Counted from the whole stretch's first letter, positions 24,274 to 37,556 are shown. The stretch: DNA of 54,265 bases, filler included, from Sphacelaria rigidula (GCA_964200075.2; 4 parts of 4 records of this genome joined end to end with filler, not necessarily neighbours in it), one strand, 5' to 3'. Numbers and translations: made by a program. Notes: a model not told the origin generated them from the sequence alone.

Positions 24274-24330
24274 GAATGATAGTGATGAGCATGAGGATTG
24301 TGATGATGAGCACGATAATAATGATGACGT
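24217..24330. repeat. (GAT)n microsatellite / low complexity
   Basis: Long ATG/GAT triplet run. It explains the poly-D/M/H/I/S ORFs in the track. Confidence 0.95.
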
Positions 24331-24895
24331 GCCAGCAGAGCATGTGCGCCATCTCCACAGGATATCTCCACTGGTTGGAGCGACAAACATGCGCAGCCTC
24401 AACAGCCCGCAAGAAGACCTCTGTTTTCTTTACGCACACAACGCTACCTTCTTTCCGGCGTTGATCCGTGCCCTTGCAGCGTCGCTGCCTCTCCTGCGAC
24501 CGAAACCACTCGCGGGTGCGCAGAGTTTCGTCCTGTAGACCACGCAGGGGCTCCTTTCTTGTTCGTTTTCCGTACAGTATGTATGTGAAAATACGTCGCT
24601 TTGCACGTTGATGTGAAGAACCGTTTGTTTCTCCAGTAGAATGTATGCACGGTGTGAGTGGATTGCCAACGTGGACGTGTATTTGAAGCCGCGCGGTGTT
24701 TCCGACGTTGTGACGTGAGGTATGGCCGCACCCTCCGGAGGGTTGCCGACTCGAGTGTAAGCATTCCCAGTAGAAGAACAGAAGACGTTGGTGTGGTCGG
24801 TGTGGTTGGTGTGGACATCTCATTTGCTGGGAACGCACTGCTGTGCGTCCTCCTCGGAGTACTTCGCTGCGTTGTCTCTTGTCGTTTGACCGATA

Positions 24896-25119
24896 AGTGA
24901 TGCTACGATAGGGGGGAGGGGGGGGGGGTCTATTTGGGCCATGTTTTCACCGTAAGTCCACCTCAAAACGTGCTTGTGACCAATAATACACACTCATTCA
25001 TACTGCTTGAGACCGTTTTAGCCAAATACAGGTGCACCGCGAGTGACTCAGATCGTCTGACACTTCAACCCCTGTTTTTCATGGACTCCCCCCCCCCCCC
25101 CCCCTATCGTAGCATCACT
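24896..25119. mobile_element. ~224-bp MITE
   Basis: TIR AGTGATGCTACGATAGGGGGG / CCCCCCTATCGTAGCATCACT. No clear TSD. Confidence 0.8.
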
Positions 25120-25605
25120 CAGATATTCGCAATCTGTTAACTGTGACATGATGAGTAGTAGCATATATGCAAGTACGTATATGTTGTGCTATTGCCTGAG
25201 CTGTATCAATCGGCGCTAAGGGAGAAACAAGATTGTACCATTTGCACGGTGTCTGTTGCGATTTTTGCATTTTTTCGCGTGTTAGGTGTGTCGTGGATTC
25301 TGCATTTTGTCGCGTGTTAGGTAATAATCCTAAGGAAACAAGCGCCCTGTCTTCACTATTTTGTTTTTTCTTCTCTAACCAGAGAAATGATGTGTTTTTT
25401 TTTTTTCCGTCCGGCCAATTTCAGAGTATGGAGATGGTGTCCTCTCTGTTTGAATAGCCGTGGAGACTGGCGATGAAAGGTGCCTTTTTTTTGTCGGGCT
25501 TCATACGTGGTTGACGGTGTTTCATCTTTCAATCGTGACATCGCTTGCCTTCACTTCGAGTTTCCGTTGTCGTTGCCTACGCTCTCTCGTGGTGATCGGA
25601 CGCAG

Positions 25606-26196
25606 GCATGGGTGGTGACCAGTCGAAGGAGCATCGCGAACGCGAAGAAGCGAACAAGAACAGACACAAGAAAAACAGCGAAGATAGGGACCAGACCGAG
25701 ATGGGAAACAGCGGAGGCGGCAAGGACAGCATTGAAAAAACGCCATCCTCCGAGCAAGCCGGGGGTGGTGATGCCGAAGGTGTCAACGATATGAAAAATG
25801 AGGGAACAGAAGACGGCGATAGTGGAGAAGGCGGCGGAACAGGAGAGGGTGGAAAAGGGAGACTGGGCAGCGAGGAACAGGGCGGTGATAAAGTGGAGGG
25901 GCAGAAAGAGCAGGGTGATGCAGGCGGGGGAGAAACCGCTAAAGACACTGAGGTGAAGGATGGTGAAGGAGAGGCTACGGCGGACGGCGAAGGGGCAGCG
26001 GGTGAGGAAGGAAAGGGGCATCGTGAGGGTGGTGCTGCCGATGGCGACACACCTCCCAAGGCGCCGATCCTGTCCGAAGGGGGAGATACGGCTGATATTT
26101 CCGGCCGTTACGATGAATCGGGAGAGGATGGGGATCGACCTCGAGTTCAAGCCGGGGGCGGATCCGAGGGAGCCGCGGAGCAGGCCGGCAAGCCAG
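25606..26196 (+). CDS. Probable internal exon encoding a Gly/Glu/Asp/Lys-rich disordered segment
   Basis: Pyrimidine-rich upstream ending CGCAG| and donor CCAG|GTCAGT. The 591-nt segment is open and symmetric phase 1-1, with purine-rich coding-like composition (GDSGEGGGTGEGGKG...). Partner exons were not identified. Confidence 0.6.
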
Positions 26197-27085
26197 GTCA
26201 GTGAAGAGTGGCACATAGCGATGCTTTTCATGTAGCGTGCGAATGGCAAAATGGATCACCCATGACTTCGCCCTGCACTTCCTGCTCCTCCATTGGACGG
26301 AGCAGTGTTTGATTTGTTGGATCACACCGGTCTCTTGGTCCGCTGGCCGCAGTCGTTGCTTCATGCAAGACCCCCGACGACTCAAACGGTCGGAGGGTGT
26401 ACACGTCACCAGTGTCTTCGGTGTGGGAACTCGGCAACCCAGATCTGTCACACCCCAGTTTTGATTAACCCTCCGGGCGTGGCACGGTTGCAAATGCGCA
26501 GGAAGGGCGGGCATGAATCGGGACACGTATCGAAACTCCAGACGAGGGGTGACCGCGATGTGTGATATACCTGTTCCTTTATGCTCCTCCGTTGTCGCGG
26601 CGTGCAGCGGAGACGCGTGTGGCGGATACGCCGACGTCCTAGACTATTTTTTGCGTGTTTTCGATAAAATCGCCTCTTTTTTTTTCAGAGCTTCATTTTC
26701 TATGTATTAGATATTTCGATATAGTATAGGTGGTTTCCACCAGCTCAAGCAATGTCCATGACACGCGAAAACCCCAGATAAACCGCTTGCTGCCCTCTTT
26801 TTCTCCCTGTCACTGGTACTTGGTACTTGACGCCTCTCCGCCAGCGGGGCGAATCGCGAGGGATGTTCTGGGCTTAGCTATACAGTCGGGCCTCGTCGGC
26901 CTAAAGGGAATCAAGGCTCTCTCCGCTACTTCGGTAACAGCGTGTTCGCTCTGCCGTGAGGGTCGCAAGTTTCATGTCAGGTGCAGCAATAGTCCACGGG
27001 GTATTCGACAGCCCCCCGCGCACACCCCCGCACACGGAATCTCCCGACACACTGCTGCTACCCACAGACACCCCTATCAACCACA

Positions 27086-27185
27086 NNNNNNNNNNNNNNN
27101 NNNNNNNNNNNNNNNNNNNNNNNNNNNNNTTAATTAATTAANNNNNNNNNNNNNNNNNNNNNNNNNNNNNNNNNNNNNNNNNNNN
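27086..27185. other. Artificial contig spacer
   Basis: Same 100-bp N/TTAATTAATTAA linker. Confidence 0.98.
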
Positions 27186-28454
27186 CCACGCAACTTTTGC
27201 GCCACTCCACGTGTCTAGGCTGCGTGTACCTGCGTTGCAACGCTGAAGTAAAGCCCAGGGATTGAGTCATGACGAGTCGACTCATCATTATTTGTCCGAC
27301 CCTTGATGTGTTCGAATCCTGCCAGACTCTCTTTTTTTTTTCTTCCCGTCCGTCGTTAAGGTTATACATCATGCAATACATTTTATTTATATATTTTAAA
27401 ATTCAGCGGCGGTGCCGTGTGTTACCAGGTTGTTCTACACTTCACATTTAGAAATGCTAATCGGGCCCCAGATATATAGGAAATTTTGGCAAACACTGTC
27501 CGGGGTCTTCCTGGCGGAAAATCGCACAAGCAGATGAGATGGGAATGATCTGTCCAGTCGATCGGCGAAGAAGCGAATGGGCCGCCCGGTCGGTGAGGAA
27601 AAGAAGCGCAGAAGGCCATCTGCACCCATGACACGCACACGTTCCTGCTGTCTTGTATTCGCGGTGCGGTCTGTTCATTCATTTTCACGTCAAAACTGTG
27701 ACAATGCAATACAGATGAAGAGCCCTGGGGGTGCCCCTCTATATAGGTCGAGACAAAGCCGATCGAAAATGCACAGTAGAGTACAGCAGTGGAAGGCTTT
27801 ACATGACAGTACCGTATCTCTGCGACCGATTCAGATCTGCTCCGCGACGTTTCCCCCCGCCCTTCTGGCTGTGATTATTTTTCACTTGAATTTATTGGGC
27901 ACGGTGCGTTGCTCAGGACATACTCCATCGAGGGATAGGTTTAATCCGGGTGGTCCTCCACGTTTACGTGCGCGATTTGAGCGCCGCTTGTTGCGTTTGG
28001 TGCGCACAACCTCAATGCACTGCACTGCAGGTTTCATTTCAGGGCACGTCCCGCAGTCAAATCAGCAAGCCGGAAATTATTTTCAAATTATATGTTTTTT
28101 TTAAGGTTTAGGGTGTGGGCCTCCAAGATGGAGGATAAGGAGTTCACCATGGGCTGCGTGTGGAGGGTCAGCAACAGGATTTAGGGTGTGAACAGGGGGG
28201 GTATTGCCTGCGCGCGCGATCAACCCGTCAAGAGATTGGATCGTGAAAGCAAGTGTATTCGGGCGGAGCATCTCAAGACATGAAAGGAAAAGGGGAATTT
28301 GTCTGTGGTCGTTGTGATTTTCTCGAACAGCCCGGACACGTTTTTGACCCCGATTAGCACCTCCAACAGTGATATCTTTGCATCGGGTTTATTCGGGAAA
28401 CTGGAAAAGCTGTGGTGTGAGCAACTTTTAGCCGCTTTTGAGCTGGCCCAGCTC

Positions 28455-29326
28455 GTAGAGTATTTGAGGTCGTACTCAATCTACCCAAAATTTCAGTGGA
28501 GTGTTGAGATCTTACCCAAGTGATACTCTATACTCAGGTCTTGTGGAGGGTACTGAACCCATACTTGGATAGAGTATTCAAGGTCGTACCCAATGTACCC
28601 AAAATTTGGGTAGAGTAGATACCCGGGTATTCAAAAGTACATACCCTACCCGACCTGCTCTTGGCTTTTTCGATCGAAAACATGCGGAGGAAAAGCGTGC
28701 CGTGCTCTTTCACGAATTTCAGTTTTTTTAGAATCAAAGCTTGCAAATTTATTTGGACCCAACTCGCGAGGAATGAACGAATTTGCTCCAATCCATTCCA
28801 TCGCACTTTTTTAACGATCGAAAAATGATGTGCTAAGACACGGCCGTAATCGAAACTTGGGTAAAGTAGTCAAGGTCGTACCCAATCTATCCAAAATTTG
28901 GGTAGAGCAGTGTTATCGCTTTTTCATAGTATGGAGGCGGTGTCTTGGCAGCTTAGGCTTGAAGAGAATCCGCACCTCGAGTCAGATGACGCCGAAACTT
29001 GGAGAATGTGTAGATTAGTATCAAAGGAAGGTGTCACAGTCACAGCTGCGGCAGGGGAAGTCGCTGATGGCCCGGTCTGCATTGATAAGGTGGATGATCA
29101 CTGTGCGTGGGATTTTGTTTTCTCAGCACCCTGCTGTCTGATGACGATTATAGTGGGTACAGTGACAGTTGAGCACTCTGGCTGCAACCGATCCTGCCGG
29201 CCTCACCATCAATCTTCGCCCCGTTGAGAGCATACCCACGTGATACTCTATACCCAGATATTGCTGAGAGTACTTATCCCAAAATTTGGGTAGAGTAGTT
29301 GAGGTCGTACCCAAGTGATACTCTGT
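28455..29326. repeat. Cluster of GTAGAGTA..GAGGTCGTACCCAA..CCCAAAATTTGG repeat/MITE fragments (28455-28664, ~28857-28908, ~29240-29326)
   Basis: The unit recurs several times. The right end CCCTACCCGACCTGCTCTTGG matches the TIR of the 52496-52790 element. Confidence 0.75.
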
Positions 29327-31401
29327 ACAGAAAATAGGAAATCTAAAATGTTCCGGTTCGAGTGGATCACCTGCCCATATCCCAAATCACGGGTGATCAG
29401 GCGAACCGTAACATTCTGCACCCAGATCACAGAGCACCCACCATGAGAGTTGGCCTTGGTAAAAAAACAGAATCTATATTTGCCCACATGAGGGGTAGTG
29501 CAAGTTACATCCATCCAGGAATCACGACCCACAAGAACGAACGCGGAAGTCTCTTTCATTCTGCACCAGAAAGAACATCCGCCTCAACAGTCTGTCGTGC
29601 TGAAAAGATGGTAATGTGAACATATGATACTACAGTCAATGTAGTAGAGACAGTCAGCAGCGTCGGTACTGTCTAGTTCTGTACTAAAACTCGAGACCTC
29701 GGCAGCTTTCGGGCGCAGGGGTAAGTTCCGCTTGTTCGACTAGTCTTTCAGTTACAGCCAGTTAAAACGGCCGCTCTGGCTGAACTCTCTTACAACGCAC
29801 CACTTCGTGGCCACCGGACTACATGGCACCCAACTTGCCGACAAGAACTAATTTCGACGTCGCGAATCCTGTACTTCACAGCAAGCACACGGTAACCACA
29901 TTCCAGTGTTGTGGTTTCCAACCGCCATTTCTCGGAGAAAAAAGTTCCCACCACCCGCTCCGACAATATCTAGCGTATCAAGAACATTGTCACAACACCG
30001 CTTTCGGTGGCATTGCAACTAATCTGCAGTTCCCGAGACAATCTTGAACTTGGTAAACTGAGCAGTACCGTTATTACAGCAGCGGTGCGCGTGCAGAAGG
30101 GTGTTGCACTCTTGCAATACAAGTATACCGTGAAGCCATAACCCCTGCACACACAGTTTAAGCAAGAACGGTGGTAGGCATGTTCGAAACCTTGCCAACC
30201 ACGCATATGCGACCTTGCCGACCAAGACAGTCGTGCGTGTCCTTGAGTAAGATTTCGTGAGCAATCTGTCGTTGGACAAAGTGTCTACGGTAGATATAGG
30301 TAGTGCCCCCCCCCCACCCCCTCCCCCAAAACGCGCGCCCACCCCCCCCGGTCCCGCGGCAGCGAACAAAACTCACTTGGCAATGTGACCATCGTGGGAA
30401 AATCTCCGGTGCCGATGCTAGCGCTGCGACCGTGTTCTTTTTGCGGCCTTGCCCTGCTACGCCGGCTGAAGCCCACGGGCTCCACTACACTGTTCGAAGA
30501 GTCGCTTGTGCTGCAGTCTTCTCTACTCAAACGTCTTGATATCGGGTGCTGCACGTCCATCCGGCGCGACCAGGAGCCACACAACAGACCGAAAAAACAC
30601 TAATGTCCAACCGTCTGAGTCTGTTGTACATACGGTCCAACCAAAGGGCATGACAGAGAGACAGAGGGTGTGTACTTAGTTTTGTTCCGAATGTCCTGAA
30701 CAAAAATGTATATGAAAAAAAGAAATAACGACGCTTTGAAAGAAGGGGTATGTATGATATAGATGCTGTTTCTGCAGTATGTCATGCATTTTGAAGGATC
30801 CGTTCTCTCCTTCTGAATGCGGAGGACTGAAGTATATTTACAAACAGTAGTAGAACCGTAAGGTACAGACAGTAGGTGCTACCCATTTGAAGGTCGAGAG
30901 TATGCAAACAAGAGGGCGCACGTCGCAAACGCCTCCAGAACCAAATCCACAATAAACCCAATTTCGAATCGAAATCCTGCACACACGAAACAACGGTCAG
31001 TCACAATCCACAGCAGTCCATAGCAGGACAAGCAAGAAAAGATCTTGTCGTAGGGCAGGAGACCGCATACGTCGGCGGCGATGAGCTCTCTACTCGATAT
31101 TGACAAGCCAACAGTTTTATTGGGTTCATACCCGTACCCAGAAGAATCTTCAATGTTCTATCCATCGACCGCAGGTCCGAAATCCGGGCGATCATACGGG
31201 GAAAATCGGAAACAAAAGATTCAGCAATACCGTACGCCGGCCGCTTGACCACCATCTCAATATCCAATCAAGATCATGAAGTGTTAGCTAACTCATGTCA
31301 TATTGTCGAATCACGTGGATGTTAAGCGAGTGGGTCATCTCCGAAGGCCGCTACTGTAGGTACCGGAAACAGTGGGAGGAACAAACGCGAAATCTAGCGG
31401 T

Positions 31402-34400
31402 ATGGAATATACTAGCTCGACTTACAGCGACGAAGGCTTCGAGCCTGCATCTCCGACGACAACAGTATCTCCCTCGTCGGCACTTGTCGTACCTGAATCC
31501 ACGGTAACTACATGTACCGATCTCCGCTTCTCGTCGACTGAAAAATGCGGCGACGAGCCCCACGAGTCTAGTGCTGGATCCACGTGTACAATGGCGACTG
31601 AAATGTCAGATGAAGAGTACATGGAGAAGGCAGAAGGAACGAGAAAAAATGCTGGCGGCAACTGTGCATGGCCGCGGCGGCGAGGGTCTTCCTGTACTAA
31701 CCCTGCCCCAAGCGGCGAAACGGCGACGACCGCGGAGGCGTTGCTGTCCCCACAAGAATATGGGAGTGAGGACTTCGAAGCCATTGATGATACCGCCTCA
31801 GTCCCTGCTTCGCCTTCTTCACCACCCGTAGTGAAAGACAGAGGCGAGGAAGACGACACTCGACCGCTTCTTCTAGCTCAGTCTCCTGCAACTGTGATAG
31901 CTTGTGTGCAGGAGGTTCGCGCACCAACAACCGCAAAGCAGGTCGTACTATGGCTCTAATACGGTAACTAACTGCAGAAATATGTACTCGCAACAGGCCT
32001 TTTTGACTGCCCCCGAAACAGCGAGCGGTCCTGCATGGGCAACAGGTAGCTTCACGTGGCTGGTGTCTAGTACTGGTAAGGCAGCGCCACTTTCTTCAAT
32101 ACTGCGTGTATATGTGGCCCACCCCTAATCTTCGGTATTTCCAACCCGCTGACAGGAATACTTGACTCGCCGGCGGAAGGTAGCCGAAGTGCGTGCAAAA
32201 GCAGACATCCTTGCACAGCGAAGGTATCAGATACAAAAAAATCAAACTGACTATATGCTCATCCTCAAAGGAACCGTCGTTCGACCTACTTTTCTCCCAG
32301 TAGTGTTTTTCACCACGTTTCCGGGGAAATTGAACTGCGGAGCACTGAAACAGCAGTTTCAAAGTCCAGAGCGTCGTAAAAGTACAAAGCAGCAGTACCT
32401 TGCGTGCTTTGCGAGAACCCGTTCTTCCTGTGTGTGAGACGTCAGTCTACACGCTATCGCCGCATCAAAATTAGTACCATTGCTCGACACGTCCATTTCC
32501 CACCTGTGTGTGTGTTTGGAGGCACGTGGAGGAGTTGCGGGTGAGACTGCAGGCGCAAGAAAACAAGGAATCCTGGCACTTCCGGATTCACCGTCGTCAC
32601 ACGGACCAAGAATGGCACATTTTAGTGGCCATGAAGACGTCGGCGTCTATCGTCGCCAACTGCCTGCACAGGTACTGGCCTTAGCTCTTCAGCCGCAGGG
32701 GACAGCAATGATGGTATACTGTGAAAATACTTCTTGTTTGTATAGTATAGATAATGTCTTTGCCGAACAGCCTTCGACTGGCATCCCAAAGAAGAGTACG
32801 GGATCATTGTGATGGATGGCAGCTGATCGTTCACGGCTGCGACCATGTGGCTCCTTGGGTCCTTTAAAGTGCCGTGCGGATAATCCGTAGGGCTTCTTTT
32901 GTGCAACAAAACCCGGTGACCGGCAGGGATGCGTGGATAACAGGATCGTCACGAGCCGAAGCAAAGATTAGAGCGATGGACGACGCATTCACCGCCACGT
33001 TTGCGGCAATGCAAGCAGGAGCGCTAGCGCTGCAGTCGGCGGCCGAAGTGGAAGCAACACAGAGGGCTACTGTATTATCAACCTTGTGCGCAAGCGTGTG
33101 GGATGCCTGTCGGCAAGGCGTGCCACTGTGTCGATTGCGAGAACTGATGGAACCGAAAATGGAACGTTGCAGGTGATATGATGACCAACGGTCAAACAAC
33201 GAGCTACAGCAGCCGAGACGTGGAAAGTTGCAGGCGTAACATTCATCAGTGATTTGTCGGGCCGTAGCTTGGCTACAAGCTAATCTCCCTAGTAAACTTG
33301 AGTGTGATGTGCTCTTTGAACGGAAATTTCATCCCGTAGTGACAAACACCCTACGCTATCAATACCTTTCGTGCGGCTGCCGTATACCTTACATGTGGTA
33401 TTTGTGGGGCAGGACTCGTTGCTACAGTGTGTTCCCGCCCGCGACCATGCGTATGTGTGCGCGACTCGTTGTGCGCACAACAGGCACACCAATCGATCGG
33501 AGCCATTTGAACAGCTTTGCCGCCGAGTAGAGGGGGTCGTAGTCGAGAGCAGGCATCCCTACACAAAGGTGACCAGTTAATGACCTGGCGTTCCAGTAAC
33601 GCTTGTATCAGGGCGGTGGGGGAAGGGGAGAGAGTTACGACACGAAATATAATGCCATAGATATCGATAACTGTGGTGAAATAGTAGTATCCTGCGCTTC
33701 AAAACCATACGCCAAGCCAAACTGCTCCAATGCTGTAAATAGAGGAGGCCGGCAAGGGAACAAAATGCGTCGCAATTTTTCCTGGTCCTCGGCAGCCAAA
33801 TTTTCTTTCTTTTTCTGCAATGCTGTAGAAGACGGCAAAGATTGTAGCCCCTGACATTTGCAGCTCCCAAATGGGCTACTACTGTCGACCATTAGTATTT
33901 GCCATTTGTTAAGGAGCGACCACGGTAGTAACATTTCAGACGTGTATCACCACAGGTTCCCTTTTTTCGCCTGCCACCCCAGATGCCCTTGCTGTATCTC
34001 TCAACTAACTCGATATCCCACACCACATGCAAGGGTTGCGACGAAGACTCCTTATCGCACGCCAACCGAACCGCCACTTGTTCGTCTTTCCCTGTGAATA
34101 CCGTAATCTCGAATCTGGCACACGACGCGGCAGGGTATTAGACAGGAGCTAGAAGTATGTGTGCCCGGTGCGGAGTCCTTCTACGTCGTTTTTGATGCGG
34201 GGTCCAACACAACAGCGGGGGCGGGTAAAGTGTCGTTGCTCCGTCCGGAGGAAAGAGATCCCGTCACCTTTTCTGCAAGGTTCGTGTTGTACCACAGAGC
34301 TCAAAAGTTGAGCTACGTACTACAAAGTGTCAATAGAGAATCATAACATCCATTGAGCATGATGGTACCAAACACGTAGCATCCCATTGCATTATGATCG

Positions 34401-37400
34401 AAGCTACACTTAATGTCTTTGCCCACCCCGGCTCTACAGAGTGCACGGTCTGGTTGTATGATTGAAGTGCCTGCATGCAAGCACTCGAACAGTCTCACAA
34501 GTGACACGAGTAAAAGTCCCATGCGTCTGTTGTATTTGGCCTCACTTTTTTCCACGTCTCTTGACGGGAAACACGGCATTCATACCGTACTTCGGAATGA
34601 CTACAGTAATTACCTAAAGAAAAATCGCATCCACCGATCCACATCAGCTCTGCCGATGACGAACATGTTCGGGGGACGGGAAATGGAAGAAAAACGCGCC
34701 CGGACTGTCACAAACTATCTCCAACTAGCACACTTACGGGTAACTTCTTCACACTTTCGATTGCCAAGATGTGATTCCCTATGTGATGTGATAATATGTG
34801 GGAGGGACGACCTCACGACCCCTCTCTCCCTTCCCCCATCTCCGCGCCCAACAAATGCCATTGGGCAGTTCCTTCCTCAATGATCCATTCATCCTGAATG
34901 AATACCCCGCCTCGCCGTATGCAGCGGTGCCTACGGCAGCAGCAGCACCCGCCTGCCGGGCGTGAACGGAGAGCCGCCGCTTCGTGTAGAGGGCTCATCT
35001 GTGTTGATTACCTTCTCGGCTTCTTATTGGCGTGGAGCTGCGCCCGCGGGGGAGGATTTCGGGTGGCGTTGCGTGTGCTTCACGGCGACCAGGGCCTCCA
35101 CGGATATCACTGCTGCTGCTGCTCTCGGTGCTGACGCAAGGGGGGTGGTTGTAAGCAAGGATGATAGTGCTGAAACCAACAACGGCGACAACAGCGACAG
35201 CAAGAACGGCCACATAAACGAAAACAACAATAACGACAAAAATAACGAAGCCAACGATGGTGGCAGCCGCATCGTTGCAGAGGCGGAGCGAGCGGCCGAT
35301 CGCGCTGAGGCCGTGGATGCCATCAGCGTCTTAGGGTAAGCAACTGCTCAGTACCATTATATTCTCCTTCTTTCTTGAGTCGCTTCCTGTGGGATCATGA
35401 TATAGTGTACTTCATTCCTTGGATATATAAATGTTCGGAGAATGCAACGCCGAGGGATCCTCCAAGGCAAGGGGTATCCCTGCCGCATGTGTTAGAGCAC
35501 CATGCATCACCTCACGAACAAAACTCTGATCGACGTTTCCGATTCGATTCGCTGTTCTGTTTCTGTCCAGACGAATCCACCAATTTCTCCACACACGGTT
35601 TTCCGTATTTGCCCTTGGAGTCTTGGCGAGTGAGCGTTCGTAAAACCTAGCAGCCTACGAGCCAGAAAAGTGGACTAAAGTCCTCTCCGTGAGGTAATGC
35701 ATAGCGCTCAAGACAGGTGGCGGGTGTATTGTCTACGTTGGATCCAAAGGCGCTGAAAATTTTCTCGAAACTCGAATATGCAAATAAAGCACACACCATT
35801 TCTACGAGAAGTGACCACGTGATGCGTGGTTATGAGAAAAAAATTCGTCGAAGCTACCGGAAGAATTGTTGCACACGCGCACGCCCCGTGGAGATCGTCC
35901 AATTTACTACAGTAGTAGCTTGGCTTGCAAAAGCAACTGGAGAGGGGAGTAGGAACTGCATGTACGACTGCGCAGGATCGAAAGGAAATAACAAGAGTGG
36001 CGCGAAGCAGCAGTTTACGCCCCTGTGGATATTCAGAGAATTTGGATCAAGCACATGTGTTGCATGAAGAGAAAAGTTGACGCTAATCACCGCCGTCTGA
36101 AAATACAGTGCCGGGATTGCCCATTACCCGGATTGCCGAGTGACCGAAAGAAACCTGCAAGCGTGATCTGTAAGTACGGTTTTACAGTGTGCTTTAATGC
36201 AACTCTTCGCCCTCGGTTGACGACTGTCTGCAACCAAGAGTTCGCATCTTCCGTGTGCGTACACAAGTATTGTTCGTCGTACCAGCCACAGGACCGTATC
36301 ATGCATAGAAATTGCGAGCAAAACTTTGCCTGATGTTCAACCATCGGCATCCAATCGCTCGTCGAGATACCTACGGACGAACCTTGTTCCTCCTTCGCTT
36401 TTCAATGACAAAGCAAACGGTATGCCATGTCATGCCATGCAGGGAAACCTGCTTGCACGTAGCCTGCTTCGAGGGCAACGTCTCCGCCGCCAGATACCTC
36501 CTGTCCCTGGACGCGGACCCCAACAGCGCGCACACCGCCAGCGGCCTCAACACGCCACTGCACGAGGCCGTCAGGGGAGGCTCTCTGGCTGCAACGCGTC
36601 TGCTCCTCAAGTCATCTGCCAATATCCTCGCGACCAATGCCCACGGTGACCTACCCCTACACGTGGCATGTCGCGCGGGAAGATTGGACATCGCTCGCCG
36701 GCTGCTAGCCCACGATAGCGACTGGTCTACGGTGGGGGCGGTCAATCATGCCGGTCTGCGGCCTTCGGATGTGGCTCGACGCTGCACTGCGCTCTCTTCT
36801 CTCTTGAAGGTATGCGCGGTATTGGTTGGTCGATGGATGGATGGATGGATGGATGGATGGATGCATCATCCGCAGGTTAACACTGCCTGTTCCGCGACGA
36901 ACCCAGCTGTGGGTCAAGAGATTGATTTACCTAAGCCGAATCAAACCGAAAAACGCTGCCAAACTCGACGACTGGGTGCGTTAATAGCGTTTCGATAACA
37001 CATTACGCGTTGACTGCATTCTCTTCTCGCTGTTTTGTTGTTGCCACCCGATTGAATAAATAAGGTTGTCCAAAAATCTGCTACGGCAGCGGCAGCGGCC
37101 GCGGCGGCGGCAGCAGCGTTATCGGCTAGCGCGAAGGAGTCATCCAGCGCCAGGCCACAACAGACCAACATCCAGAAGGATCTGAAGTCACCGGTCGGCT
37201 CCAGGAGATCGAGCAGCAGGCAAGGTAACTGGACGACACTAACGGGGCCCCGCCGAGGTGTGGGACGAGTTACCGGCGGCGGCGGTGGGGCTTATCGGAG
37301 CTACGCGTTTCCGGGCCATGTGCACGGGGGGCGTCAGGTGTTCCCGCGGTGGGCTAGACTGCCTCGGCAGGTTGAGGGAGGAGACGGGACGAAGGTGGGG

Positions 37401-37556
37401 GGGGTTGCGCGCAGCGGAAGTGTTGATGACGCGCAGTCATTTGGGAGTTCGTTCGGGTCCGGCACCAGCTATGCCGCCAGTCTGACGGGGTCTGATTTCC
37501 AGGTCCCTTGTGGTGTTGGGGGTGGTACACAGAAGGAGCGACGCCAGAAAGTGTGA
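31402..37556 (+). CDS. ~846-aa protein: acidic Ser/Thr-rich N-terminus, helical region, CUB-like (ESxHPY) domain, ankyrin repeats, Gly/Ser-rich tail
   Basis: Nine exons: 31402-31941, 32156-32223, 32522-32671, 32891-33172, 33484-33568, 34134-34279, 34925-35335, 36443-36809, 37065-37556. All introns are GT-AG and phase-compatible (2541 nt, ending TGA). Motifs: VVESRHPY..VPGAESFYVVFD..LPGVNGEPPLRVEGSSVLITFSAS..DFGWRC, and ankyrin GETCLHVAC, TPLHEAVRGG, GDLPLHVACRAG. The start codon is tentative. Confidence 0.85.
36832..36863. repeat. (GATG)n microsatellite in intron 8
   Basis: Directly visible tetranucleotide run. Confidence 0.9.

Noticed and set aside
24110..24838. Poly-Asp/Met/His/Ile/Ser ORFs
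   Set aside because: They are by-products of the (GAT)n microsatellite. Nearby minus-strand exon-like pieces could not be chained into a convincing gene.
28455..29326. CRISPR-like array of GTAGAGTA/GTCGTACCCAA repeats
   Set aside because: Units are degenerate and irregularly spaced, lack unique fixed-length spacers and match a MITE family (52496-52790). The context is eukaryotic with no cas genes.
29000..31270. Divergent minus-strand gene upstream of the CUB-ankyrin gene (exon-like 30377-30560 with a GTGAGT donor)
   Set aside because: I could not build a phase-consistent chain or recognise a domain. It remains possible but unsupported.
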